In this document: one piece after another, positions 28,899-37,976 of the stretch
Layout: the number at the start of each line of letters is the position of its first letter
Numbering within the stretch: the stretch's first letter is position 1
IMG/VR virus record: IMGVR_UViG_3300017991_000103
Coordinates: 5,479-69,478 of that record
Origin: a virus
Length of the DNA stretch: 64,000 nt
Strand: one strand, 5' to 3'
Made by a program: the position numbers and the translations under genes
Notes under the pieces: model-generated
The model's input: only the letters and a program-made list of their open reading frames with translations
What the model was told of the DNA's origin: nothing
Database searches by the model: none

Positions 28899-28906
28899 AC
28901 CCGCCT

Positions 28907-29068
28907 TTATCTAAATTTATCATTAAATTTTTTTACTAAGTCTCTTGCTTTTTCAAGTGATTCGAGTGTATGCTTTTCATAGCAAGGTGGGCATATTTTA
29001 CCAAGACCCCTAATTGAAATTATTGAGTGCGATTCTTTACCACACCATTCGCATGTTTTCGATTCCAT
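28907..29068 (-). CDS. 53-aa C4 zinc-finger protein
   Basis: MESKTCEWC...CPPC; SD GGAGGTG; TAATG coupling; missed by the ORF track. Confidence 0.6.
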   Translation of the reverse strand: MESKTCEWCGKESHSIISIRGLGKICPPCYEKHTLESLEKARDLVKKFNDKFR

Positions 29069-29787
29069 TATTCACCTCCATATGTGGTGATTTGTGCATC
29101 ACCTGATATTCTTAGAGTAATAGGATAAAGGCGTAGAGCTTGCATCTCTCGTTGTAATATAATAGGGTCTAAGCTGTTATCTATTGGTAATATACTTAAA
29201 GGAATTTCAGTAGGAAAGGCGAAAAATATCATACTGGTGCCATACTCATCGTTGAACTTTACTTTAAAGTCGCATCTCTCACCGGACTCAAATGCTTTTG
29301 TTAGAAGTTCTAACCCGTCTCTATAACCTATGCCACAATGTATAGTTATTTCTGGTTGTAATTCTCTTTGCTGAAACATGAATTCTTTATATCCATATGC
29401 GGTATCAAGTGTAGTTACATCTACTATATCTCTTTGAAAAGATGGTCCTTCTATACTTTCTATTTCGCATACAGATATATATTCACCATTATAAAAAATG
29501 GACAGCTTAGTAGAACTCTGGTTTGTGGTTCTATCCCAGTGCATTTCGTGTTCAACTATGTCATTATTTTCAAAGGTTGATACATATGTTTGCCACTCAC
29601 TTAAATCAGGCTCATCCAGTGTTCTCAATTTATTGTTGTCAATACTACCACGCTCTTGTATTTTCTTGTTAGCAGTTTCGGCTAGCAACATTGGGGATAT
29701 TGTAATAACCGCTCCGGTCTTTGCCGTTCTTTTGAAAAACTCACCCCTGCTTATAGGTTTTGTGAAGAAGTCTTTAATGAATCCCAT
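29068..29787 (-). CDS. Tail-tube-protein paralogue with Tat-like N-terminal leader
   Basis: EIESIEGPSFQRDIVDVTTLDTAYGYKEF aligns with EINSIEGPTMTRETIDVTSLDSTDGYREF of 14144-14581; N-terminal SRGEFFK plus hydrophobic stretch. Confidence 0.7.
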   Translation of the reverse strand: MGFIKDFFTKPISRGEFFKRTAKTGAVITISPMLLAETANKKIQERGSIDNNKLRTLDEPDLSEWQTYVSTFENNDIVEHEMHWDRTTNQSSTKLSIFYNGEYISVCEIESIEGPSFQRDIVDVTTLDTAYGYKEFMFQQRELQPEITIHCGIGYRDGLELLTKAFESGERCDFKVKFNDEYGTSMIFFAFPTEIPLSILPIDNSLDPIILQREMQALRLYPITLRISGDAQITTYGGE

Positions 29788-29790
29788 TGT

Positions 29791-30015
29791 TCAGTCCTTT
29801 CTATGTGGTCCGGATGTGGTACAAACTATTTTTACATTGTTTAGGATTGTCTCAAATTCAGCTGTATGGTGATGATTCCATAAGTCATCTTTAAATGCAA
29901 AAAAGTCTGCAGTAATCCTTGTATTAGTACTAATCAAATGGTTAACAGTTTTGGATAAATCTTCAACTTGTCGTTTAAGATTTTCAATTTCTACTGACAT
30001 ATCTGAGCTACTCAT
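29791..30015 (-). CDS. Hypothetical protein
   Basis: Tightly packed ORF in the - arm. Confidence 0.5.
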   Translation of the reverse strand: MSSSDMSVEIENLKRQVEDLSKTVNHLISTNTRITADFFAFKDDLWNHHHTAEFETILNNVKIVCTTSGPHRKD

Positions 30016-30016
30016 T

Positions 30017-30631
30017 TTACAGAACCTCCTCTACTTTACTAATTCTCTTTTTCATTGATACCTCAAATATCTTGTCAGCACATTCAGTGAGTTCTTCTGA
30101 ATGTGTAACCATTATTATTTGCAATCCAGCTTTCTCAGACATTTGCTTCAACATATCGCTTGCTTTGGGTAGAAGATTAGTTGATAAGTTTTTGAATGGT
30201 TCATCTAAAACAAGTAGAGGTCTTGAGCGAGGTCTTTGCATCGACCAGCTGGCGGTGCGTAAAGCAAATGCGGCCACATCTACCGCACCGCCACCAGTCG
30301 CCTCAAGGGGGTTGAATACTTTTTCATCACGCTCAAATAGTAAATCACACTCAGTCTTGTTTCTTCTTTGCACAAACTCCACGTTGAGTGTATAAGGATT
30401 GGAAAAGACTGAATCAAGAGCTAATGAAGCAACCTCAGAGATGTGAAACTGAAGTTGGGCTTGCGTTTTAAGGCCTACCTCTCTGATTATCTCTCGGGCC
30501 TTTTCATGACTTCGTAGACTTCGTTTAACTTGCTTGAGTTTCTTTTTGGCCGACTTAAGTTCACTTTCTATTCGGTCTCTTTCTCCTTTTTTTCGTTCAA
30601 TAAGAGCTCGTGCTGAAGAAACCTTACCCAT
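30017..30631 (-). CDS. sbcC: SbcC/Rad50 ATPase, C-terminal half
   Basis: Coiled coil, signature-like TGGG.VD..AFALR, Walker B LVLDEPF, H-loop IIMVTH. Confidence 0.85.
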   Translation of the reverse strand: MGKVSSARALIERKKGERDRIESELKSAKKKLKQVKRSLRSHEKAREIIREVGLKTQAQLQFHISEVASLALDSVFSNPYTLNVEFVQRRNKTECDLLFERDEKVFNPLEATGGGAVDVAAFALRTASWSMQRPRSRPLLVLDEPFKNLSTNLLPKASDMLKQMSEKAGLQIIMVTHSEELTECADKIFEVSMKKRISKVEEVL

Positions 30632-30860
30632 CGTTTAACTCCTCTTCTAGTTCGGCAAGACCTTCATCAATTGTATTTTGGATTTTATGTGCATCCCTTT
30701 TTAGGTCTTTGACCATCTTTTTCGCCTGCATTATTGTTTCACATTTGAATTGAGTTTTAAGTTGCTCCACTAGAAGTTTTTTCTTACCCTTCAACTCAGA
30801 TATTTCCTGGTTGATACTGGCCATGTTTTCTTTGAGTTCTAATAATTGTCTTTCATTCAT
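30624..30860 (-). CDS. Small coiled-coil protein
   Basis: Heptad pattern; between the SbcD and SbcC C-half genes. Confidence 0.6.
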   Translation of the reverse strand: MNERQLLELKENMASINQEISELKGKKKLLVEQLKTQFKCETIMQAKKMVKDLKRDAHKIQNTIDEGLAELEEELNDG

Positions 30861-31765
30861 TTTATCTCCACCTCCAATGCTTCATAGATTATGTTTTTAA
30901 TTTGTTCTTTAACATTATGTTTTTGTATAAACATTTCTATATTTTCCTTGAAGTCTAAACCTACTTCGATTTCTTCTGAAAGTCTTTCTACAAATGCTTC
31001 TATTCTCGCATCTCGTTGCTCTCTCCGTTCTATGTGTTCTCTTGAAACATCCTTTTTACCTATTGGAAATAAGAAAGGCTCTACTGTATTACTTTCTTCA
31101 AACCATAAATATACTTTTGGCTTATGATTTGCTTCCGATGCTTTCTGTCTGGTCAAGCAACCAGGGTTGACTAGTAATCTTCCTTCATGTTTAACAACGA
31201 ATGATGCGTGGTTATCACCAGTTACAATAAGGTCGAATTCTGAGAATTCCTCTAATACCTCTTTTGCTGTGAGACCATCTTTATCCCAGTGCGGTGGTCT
31301 TTTTTCCCAAATGAGTTTATGCCATAAACCAACTACCATTTCAGAATCCACAAGTTCTATAACATGCGGTTTATCTGACCCGAAGTGGCCACCACTTGCT
31401 TTTGTCATTGTTCCTGCACTAAATAGGGTTTCTATTCCACTCTTATACATTAACTCGAGATTATGCTGTGGCAAATCATGCTGCCCAGCTATTGCTATTA
31501 CACCATATTCTTTAGAGTCATCATAAAATGGTAGGTTAGCTACCACATTACTTAGTAAATACGGAGAAGGTTTCCAATGGTGAAATACATCACCTGCATG
31601 AAGTATAGGGATTCTACCATTTGAATAGTATAGTTCGTTTATTAGAAGAAGTTTATCCCACTGTGCTTGCATAAAGTTATCTGTTCTGCATTCAGGTATA
31701 CTTTCTCTTATATGCCAGTCACTAGTTAGAATCGCTGTTGCTTTCCCAAATTTAGTCCTCTTCAT
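30857..31765 (-). CDS. sbcD: SbcD/Mre11 metallophosphoesterase nuclease
   Basis: SDWH, AGDVF, GQHD, GDNH, NPGCL motifs. Confidence 0.85.
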   Translation of the reverse strand: MKRTKFGKATAILTSDWHIRESIPECRTDNFMQAQWDKLLLINELYYSNGRIPILHAGDVFHHWKPSPYLLSNVVANLPFYDDSKEYGVIAIAGQHDLPQHNLELMYKSGIETLFSAGTMTKASGGHFGSDKPHVIELVDSEMVVGLWHKLIWEKRPPHWDKDGLTAKEVLEEFSEFDLIVTGDNHASFVVKHEGRLLVNPGCLTRQKASEANHKPKVYLWFEESNTVEPFLFPIGKKDVSREHIERREQRDARIEAFVERLSEEIEVGLDFKENIEMFIQKHNVKEQIKNIIYEALEVEIK

Positions 31766-32114
31766 AACTTTCCTCACTATATTTTATTGGGAGCCCATCA
31801 CATAATTTTCTACATAGTGTAAACTCCCATTTTTTAGTCCGCTCCTTATAAAAATCACATCCATATTTTATACAATCTTCTTCAGAATTTATGACAACAT
31901 GCTTCCCCAAACCACCTCTTATTTTTCTTGCGTGCTCTCTACCTACTTCCCTATTCCGTGCAAGTCGGCACTCCTTTTTACCACAGGTTGTTCTCTTATA
32001 CGCATCGGAACCTATTATAGGCTTTCCACATACCGCACATACTTTTACTTCTTTTCCAGTGCGCATTTTCTCAGTGTATTCAAGTATTGCATATGCACTT
32101 TTTATAGCGTTCAT
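31752..32114 (-). CDS. Cys-rich hypothetical protein
   Basis: CAVC...C...C pattern. Confidence 0.5.
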   Translation of the reverse strand: MNAIKSAYAILEYTEKMRTGKEVKVCAVCGKPIIGSDAYKRTTCGKKECRLARNREVGREHARKIRGGLGKHVVINSEEDCIKYGCDFYKERTKKWEFTLCRKLCDGLPIKYSEESYEED

Positions 32115-32908
32115 AATCCTAACTTCTCTTCCTTTTTTTTAGTTTCAATACACATAGTTAGAGCATCCTTAAATCCTTGAGAAAACCCTAATAGGAACTC
32201 GGTAGAAACCGTACCTTTAATCTGTGTCATTCTCTGATACATTGTTGAGTAGGTTTGTATCTGCTCAACGGCGTCGGGCTTTCCGCCGTATCCGAGGTCG
32301 TGCAAGATGGCGTGGGCTTCGGCGGGATTGGCAATAGTCGCAATGTGGCTTACATAATGCTCGCGGTCATTTGAATCTCTCATCATATAACTTGTCGATT
32401 TCGCTTCGACCTTTATGACTGTACCCGGTGCGTATGGAATCGTGCGATAATTTTCCGCTATCCGCACCGCCGCATACGGCTTGAACTCCGGCTCCGGCTT
32501 GCGCTCGTTGTGCTCAAGTAGTTTTTGCGCGACGTAGCGGATGGTGGCCTCGCCGTATTTGTTGCAGGGGTAACACCCAGTGCCTTGCAACTCAGGGAAA
32601 ATTTCTAATACATACCGATACCATAAGTGACTGTCCCCACCCGGCCATCCCTCAGGGCATCCTTTCTCCAGCCATTCGCGCAATTCCGCGCACCGCTCCG
32701 GCGATAGGTTGATAAGGTTGTAGCGGGGCAGGGGGGTGGCTATAGATTTGCATAAATAATCTTTGCCATCCCGGTCAATAAAATAGGTCTCGTCATCCTC
32801 GGAATAGACCTTCGCCACATAGTAGACACCATCGGGACCTTCGTAAACCACATCAAAAGGCTCAACGTCCCACTGCCGTTGCTCCTGTCCACATTTTTCG
32901 CATTTCAT
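32111..32908 (-). CDS. Hypothetical protein, GC-rich and probably recently acquired
   Basis: Visibly higher GC than flanks; N-terminal CxxC. Confidence 0.55.
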   Translation of the reverse strand: MKCEKCGQEQRQWDVEPFDVVYEGPDGVYYVAKVYSEDDETYFIDRDGKDYLCKSIATPLPRYNLINLSPERCAELREWLEKGCPEGWPGGDSHLWYRYVLEIFPELQGTGCYPCNKYGEATIRYVAQKLLEHNERKPEPEFKPYAAVRIAENYRTIPYAPGTVIKVEAKSTSYMMRDSNDREHYVSHIATIANPAEAHAILHDLGYGGKPDAVEQIQTYSTMYQRMTQIKGTVSTEFLLGFSQGFKDALTMCIETKKKEEKLGL

Positions 32909-33702
32909 GATTTTGCCCCCCTTAATCTTTTAGTTATATGTTTAATCATTAACTTCTTGCCATTATTAGTCAGATGAAACAAGTCTGTAAAGTAAGTATC
33001 ATCGAGTAATTTAGTAAGGTCTATAAATGGTAAATCACTGTTTTTAAAATAGGAGACCATAGAATAGACCACCTTTGATACATCGTCGTGGTCAAAACCA
33101 CTATGAGGATGGAGAACAAACACTATATTTGGAAAGTCATCATATATCCTTTTGAATTTATCAAAGTCAAACTCAGCAGACTTATACTTTCTGCGCTGTC
33201 TAAGAGTCAAGTAGTCATGTCGATTTTCCTCATCTTTAAAATCACTCATAGTTAAGAAAGGCTTACTGGAACCGATAACTACCCTTATTAGGTGTAATCT
33301 TCGTTTGAATGTTGGGTAAGCAACAGCTTCAAGCAGTGGATTTCCATCTGACACTATTGCATCAAGAGGTGTTATAATGTATAATACCATTTCCGCTTCT
33401 TTTACTTCAGTTAAAGTATTCCTCAAGATACACTCCGAATTAGAACTACCACGAATACTGATATTGCAAAATTTTTCGTCCCCAAGGTCGGCTGCATACG
33501 AACTGCCAACTATTATTATGTTTGATTCTGATATGTTCTGTAAGTTTTTATCAACTAAAAGCAAATTTTTATCTAAACCACCCAGGTTTTGGTCTGGTAG
33601 AAAAGTATGTAGTAGTTGGCCTACCATATTACTACTTAGTAGTATAATCACTGATATACAAAATAATAGGTAGTATATTGTAATTACATATATCTTTTTC
33701 AT
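32905..33702 (-). CDS. Membrane-anchored SGNH-hydrolase/acyltransferase-like protein
   Basis: N-terminal TM helix; IVGSS block I and D.FHLT..G block V; AT-rich. Confidence 0.6.
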   Translation of the reverse strand: MKKIYVITIYYLLFCISVIILLSSNMVGQLLHTFLPDQNLGGLDKNLLLVDKNLQNISESNIIIVGSSYAADLGDEKFCNISIRGSSNSECILRNTLTEVKEAEMVLYIITPLDAIVSDGNPLLEAVAYPTFKRRLHLIRVVIGSSKPFLTMSDFKDEENRHDYLTLRQRRKYKSAEFDFDKFKRIYDDFPNIVFVLHPHSGFDHDDVSKVVYSMVSYFKNSDLPFIDLTKLLDDTYFTDLFHLTNNGKKLMIKHITKRLRGAKS

Positions 33703-33703
33703 A

Positions 33704-34624
33704 TCACATAGGCCTTTCACATAATGGACACACATCAGGAAAATTATTTTCATATTCTTCTTCCAGTCTCTCGAGTTTAAACTCGATGGCTTCAGTTCTA
33801 CTTCTCGTTGATTTAATTCTTGATAAGATATTATCAATAGCGTTTGCACGAGCGTTCAACCCTTTCCTATCCTTCATGAGTTTTGCAATACTGTCAACCT
33901 TTTTGCTGAGTTTCTGTATAGGTTTTAATTCTTTGAGTGCAGATTCAACCGTTTTATATTGTGAAATATAGTCTTTCAACTGTATGGCCTTCATACTCTT
34001 TTCTGCTTTTTGTTTTTCTAACCTCTCGAGTGCCTTAACTTTTTCTTCAAGAGATTCTATATTTTCAAATTGAGTTAATTGTAGTTTAAGTCCATCTATA
34101 TGTTCTTCACTCGAAATAACTTTACGCTCTAAATCACGCAACCATCTTTGTACATTTTTTATACTTGAATCTATGGAATCTATATGTGCTAGAGTATTGA
34201 AATGTTTTGCAACTTCACCTGGACTTGAAGTGAATAAATATAATAAGTCATGTTGTTGTTGTATACTTATAGGTGAAATTCTCAGTGCTTTTTGTACTTC
34301 CTCTGGAACTTCAGACCGTACTGCTTTGAAAATTAGAGCACCTTTAGTTGCGTCTGGGTTCCACATACCGTATTCATTCTGGTCTTTATTCCTAACACGC
34401 CATACAGTGAATTTACCTAAATCAAGTTCGACGAATGTTGAACCTCCCCAGTCCGAACGAAACGAATCACCGCTAGGTCTATTTTCTACTAACCATATCA
34501 GTGCTCTTAATATTGCTGACTTTCCACTATCACTTGGACCTGTTATTACATTAACTCCAGGTGATAAGTCTAATATAGTTTCCTTGTGCGATTGAAAATT
34601 CCGTATTGTCAAGGTGTTAATCAT
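33704..34624 (-). CDS. sbcC: SbcC/Rad50 ATPase, N-terminal half ending in the zinc hook
   Basis: NFQSH, Walker A GPSDSGKS, coiled coil, terminal CPLC. Confidence 0.85.
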   Translation of the reverse strand: MINTLTIRNFQSHKETILDLSPGVNVITGPSDSGKSAILRALIWLVENRPSGDSFRSDWGGSTFVELDLGKFTVWRVRNKDQNEYGMWNPDATKGALIFKAVRSEVPEEVQKALRISPISIQQQHDLLYLFTSSPGEVAKHFNTLAHIDSIDSSIKNVQRWLRDLERKVISSEEHIDGLKLQLTQFENIESLEEKVKALERLEKQKAEKSMKAIQLKDYISQYKTVESALKELKPIQKLSKKVDSIAKLMKDRKGLNARANAIDNILSRIKSTRSRTEAIEFKLERLEEEYENNFPDVCPLCERPM

Positions 34625-34848
34625 GACTCTATTATTTTCCCTTTCCGTGAGTAAGGACTTATAGTTACTACCTCACCTCTGTATTTAACATAAAAATCGA
34701 CTATCATTCTTCTTCGTTCAAATGCACGAATAAGGTCTTTTATTTCTTCTAAATTAGGTGTAGAAAATTCATGCTCATAGTCTTTCATACCCTTGTAGCG
34801 AATATAAAGTTTATACTCATCTGGTTTTATTTTTTTAGTATTGCTCAT
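34621..34848 (-). CDS. Hypothetical protein
   Basis: SD AAGGAG; coupled to the SbcC N-half gene. Confidence 0.55.
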   Translation of the reverse strand: MSNTKKIKPDEYKLYIRYKGMKDYEHEFSTPNLEEIKDLIRAFERRRMIVDFYVKYRGEVVTISPYSRKGKIIES

Positions 34849-34943
34849 TGGATATTCTCCTTTACCACGTTTTCGGATAGTCCTCGATGTTCTCCAGCAT
34901 CATCACGCCGCCGCATTTGGGGCAGTCGGTTTCGTGGTAGCTG

Positions 34944-35345
34944 TTAGGCATTGTCGGTATCTTGTTCTTCATCATAGTAATCCCATCTCTCCTGTATGGC
35001 ATCGCAAACCATTTCCCGTGCTCGCGGCGTAAGTTCGGCTAATTCCTTCAGAGAAATATCACCGCAACACTCCCATATGTGTTCTCTCACTATCGGCCAC
35101 GGGTCGATGTACCATCCCTCGCAGAACAGCGCCTTCATTGACAGGCAATCCGCACAGTTGACGGAGCGATGTTCGCGCTGACCGCCATAATCTGGACATT
35201 TGTAAACTATCGCGTCAAACGATTCCCCAATACCAATAGTCCTGCCACAGCTGCTACATTCTTCCGGCTCTTTGCAAAGCGTCCATCTCCCGACAATGTC
35301 GATGTGTTCTGCGTCACCGGCGTATATACACGCACATTCACCCAT
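34944..35345 (-). CDS. Cys-rich hypothetical protein (MGECACIY...)
   Basis: SD GGAGG before ATG at 35345; CxxC pairs. Confidence 0.55.
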   Translation of the reverse strand: MGECACIYAGDAEHIDIVGRWTLCKEPEECSSCGRTIGIGESFDAIVYKCPDYGGQREHRSVNCADCLSMKALFCEGWYIDPWPIVREHIWECCGDISLKELAELTPRAREMVCDAIQERWDYYDEEQDTDNA

Positions 35346-35441
35346 CGCTTTTCCTCCTGCTCCGCATACGTGATTGCCACAGCCAACGCGCTCCACATAC
35401 GCGCTCTGCTCTGTGCCGGGGTCTATTCCGAGGATTCGCAT
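35330..35441 (-). pseudogene. Internally deleted RuvC-like resolvase remnant
   Basis: MRILGIDPGTEQSAYV directly abuts, in another frame, MWSALAVAITY: the two ends of phage RuvC-like proteins. Confidence 0.6.
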
Positions 35442-35923
35442 GAGTTCACTTTCTTGAGAAATTCATTCGCCTTCGCGGCCATCATCATCCTGCTAATCGG
35501 AGTCACCGCTTTCTGCCACGCTTCGATTATCTCCACCGCCTCTTTCAGCAGAGGGCTGTTGCGCTCCATATCACGCACAAGCGCGAGCGCGGTTTCGGCG
35601 GCGGCGAGGGGGGTGTCGTAAGGCCAGCCACTTTTGCTTATGGCTACCCTTAATTTTTCATTCCGTAGCGTCCAAGTGTAAAGCGGTTTATTGGTTTTCT
35701 TACGCACGAATGCCGATGTGTGTATTTTCAAATTCAACCCCCGCTGCTCAAGCTCTGCGCGGATTTCCGCAATGCGGTTATCACTCATCGCTGGCCTCCT
35801 TAAGTGACATTTAATATCACAAGTATAACAATAAGAATCAGTATCCCAATCATCTACACACGGGATTTTGTAGGGGCACCCATCGGGAACAGGTTTACTC
35901 ATCTCAGCTTGCTCTTTACTCAC
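35423..35923 (-). CDS. Mosaic hypothetical protein (second start at 35788)
   Basis: Junction repeat AAGGAGGCCAGCGATGAG embedded in frame. Confidence 0.5.
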   Translation of the reverse strand: MSKEQAEMSKPVPDGCPYKIPCVDDWDTDSYCYTCDIKCHLRRPAMSDNRIAEIRAELEQRGLNLKIHTSAFVRKKTNKPLYTWTLRNEKLRVAISKSGWPYDTPLAAAETALALVRDMERNSPLLKEAVEIIEAWQKAVTPISRMMMAAKANEFLKKVNSCESSE

Positions 35924-36185
35924 TGCTGGCCTCCTTATTCCTTTTTCTCACGCACGAACGAAGCACAAGATACAGCAAATCCCATGGGCCTCTACCCTTC
36001 CTGTCAAAGTCAACAACGTGTCCCGTTTTCCACACCTCATGTGTTTTTGGTGCCCACTTTGACAAAGTAAAATTATAGTTCCCTCTATTTTTATCGCCTG
36101 TTCCGTCATTGGTTATTTCAGCAATTCCGAGAGTTCTCGGTTCGCCGACACCAAACGGTATAAGCTCAATTGTTACTCGTATCAT
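35916..36185 (-). CDS. Hypothetical protein (MIRVTIELIPFG...)
   Basis: Starts and ends in the junction repeat. Confidence 0.6.
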   Translation of the reverse strand: MIRVTIELIPFGVGEPRTLGIAEITNDGTGDKNRGNYNFTLSKWAPKTHEVWKTGHVVDFDRKGRGPWDLLYLVLRSCVRKRNKEASSE

Positions 36186-36666
36186 CGCTAGCCTCCTTGT
36201 CATCGAGTATGGCGCGCACTTCGGCTTGAGCAGTAGTAAAGACATGTTTCAAATCTTTTAACGTTAGCGCTGAGTCTTCTCCATATGGAGTGCCGTACTC
36301 CCTGCGACACTCAGTCCACTCCCGCACCCGTTCCAGCGTTTTCTCGGCGGCGTGGAGTTGACGTTCTAACTTCATTTCTCGGTGTTCGGCTTTCCCAATA
36401 TCGCAATCTGCATGGTGACAACCGCCGTGCCCGCCAACAACAGCGTTGCACCCATATATTCCGTGGTCTTTAGCATCTTGCTTCAACCGCTCAATCTCCG
36501 CGTCCTTCTCGGCGACCTTTTGCTCGGCGGCGCGGAGTGCTCGCGATTCGCTTAGTAGTTGAGCCGCAGCCACATCAGCACGGCCCTTGTGCCAACCAAT
36601 CTCGGCATCCTTCTCGGCGAGGGCACACAATAACCGCTTTATTTCTTCAGCCTGTTCCCTGCTCAT
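36166..36666 (-). CDS. Modular coiled-coil hypothetical protein
   Basis: Repeated AEKDAEI and R.L.AAE.. blocks. Confidence 0.6.
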   Translation of the reverse strand: MSREQAEEIKRLLCALAEKDAEIGWHKGRADVAAAQLLSESRALRAAEQKVAEKDAEIERLKQDAKDHGIYGCNAVVGGHGGCHHADCDIGKAEHREMKLERQLHAAEKTLERVREWTECRREYGTPYGEDSALTLKDLKHVFTTAQAEVRAILDDKEASDDTSNN

Positions 36667-37183
36667 CGCTGGCCTCCTTGTCATAGAGAATTGCGAGCAT
36701 CTTGTCATTTATTTGTAATATCTCTGCGAGTTCACGCCTGACATTTTCTTGGTCAGATAAATTTGGGTCTTTATTGCGGGCCGCAACGATAACAATGGCC
36801 GATGAACACTCCCGCACCCGTTCCAGCTTTTGCTCGGCGGCGCGGAGTTGGCGGCTTCTGCATTCCCGTACCGCCCTGACCATCTCACTCAGTTTTGCGT
36901 CAGCGTCACCGCCATGATAATCAAGCGGTTTACTGACATCCACTTCAACTTTATTGACGCGTTCAAACACCTTAGGATAGTAAGCTCCATTCCACTCTTC
37001 TGGTTCATCAGGTCGCAAGTCGTTTAGAGTTATTGGTCCAACAAAATGCTTTTCAGTTGTGGCATGACTAACCGCTTCCTGCTCGGTGTCGAAGACCCCA
37101 CAAATGCTCCAGTTTGACACCGTCTCGCCAGTTAGTTTGTCTTCACAAAATGAATGAACGACTCCTAATATCCAAAGTTGCAT
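36647..37183 (-). CDS. Modular hypothetical protein
   Basis: Shares RQL.AAE..LERVRE and AIL.DKEASD blocks with its neighbour. Confidence 0.6.
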   Translation of the reverse strand: MQLWILGVVHSFCEDKLTGETVSNWSICGVFDTEQEAVSHATTEKHFVGPITLNDLRPDEPEEWNGAYYPKVFERVNKVEVDVSKPLDYHGGDADAKLSEMVRAVRECRSRQLRAAEQKLERVRECSSAIVIVAARNKDPNLSDQENVRRELAEILQINDKMLAILYDKEASDEQGTG

Positions 37184-37593
37184 TATATTTCCCCCTTAAA
37201 CAGTTTGAAAAAGGCTTCAGCATCCATTATTACTACCTCTTTCCTACGGCTTCTTCTTGCAACTATTAACCAATCAGTACCATCCATTTTATTAATTCTT
37301 GCTTGCTTAACCCACTGATGGACAGACCAATTCTCCTGCGCCTTGCATTCAACTGAGTATGGAAAAACTTCCAATACCGATTTTTCAAGGCGTATATCAA
37401 CACCAGATTGTCCCATGGGTCTTGGTTCTATGGGACAGTCTTTACCCCAATCAAACCCGGTCACCTTACTTATTTCCTCCGCAGTCCACTTCTGTAGTTT
37501 ACGTGCTTTACTTTTTCGAGAGGCAATTGTAATACTTTTTTTCTTTTTTCTTTTCTTCTTGTTTTTCTTAACATTCTTTGTACGCTTAATCAT
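37183..37593 (-). CDS. PD-(D/E)xK Holliday junction resolvase-like nuclease
   Basis: GQSGVDI...SVECKAQE.W...W..QA. Confidence 0.7.
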   Translation of the reverse strand: MIKRTKNVKKNKKKRKKKKSITIASRKSKARKLQKWTAEEISKVTGFDWGKDCPIEPRPMGQSGVDIRLEKSVLEVFPYSVECKAQENWSVHQWVKQARINKMDGTDWLIVARRSRRKEVVIMDAEAFFKLFKGEI

Positions 37594-37976
37594 AGTATTT
37601 CTACTCCTTCCACATGAACTTTCGCACCAAATTCACTTTCACATATTCTCATGAGTATTCTACGATGGCACGCTTTCTGCATACCTTCAAAACATACAAA
37701 GAATATAGTATGTTCTTTTGCCCTTAAACTTATTTTAAATAATTCAGCCATTGAGTCATTACTTCTTATTATCTGTCTTCTAAATCTAACTGTATAGTCG
37801 ACTAGTTCAAAGGCTGCATTATGCTCATAGTATCTTTTTGCTCGAGTGAAATCATTTAGTAATAAAGCTGAAGGAGCAAGTAATTTGTTTGCACTCCTAT
37901 TTACCCTAATAAAAGTTGCATTAGGATATTCTTGTCTGGTTTCCTTTAGTTTTGCTAAGTAGGTTTCTTTAATCAT
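37590..37976 (-). CDS. DUF488-like protein
   Basis: LAPS..L, VCFE.....CHRRIL. Confidence 0.55.
   Translation of the reverse strand: MIKETYLAKLKETRQEYPNATFIRVNRSANKLLAPSALLLNDFTRAKRYYEHNAAFELVDYTVRFRRQIIRSNDSMAELFKISLRAKEHTIFFVCFEGMQKACHRRILMRICESEFGAKVHVEGVEIL

Larger units (their letters stand above)
35784..36850. repeat. Dispersed gene-junction and intragenic repeats of a GC-rich mosaic island
   Basis: CTCATCGCTGGCCTCCTT-like at 35784, 35919, 36181, 36662; 44-bp repeat 36317-36360 / 36807-36850 (3 mismatches); 22-bp exact 36517-36538 / 36827-36848; 23-bp 36493-36515 / 36598-36620. Confidence 0.85.

Noticed and set aside
35784-36850. CRISPR array or integron attC sites
   Set aside because: Repeats are irregularly spaced, lie in coding sequence, include SD and start codons and are not palindromic; no cas or integrase gene
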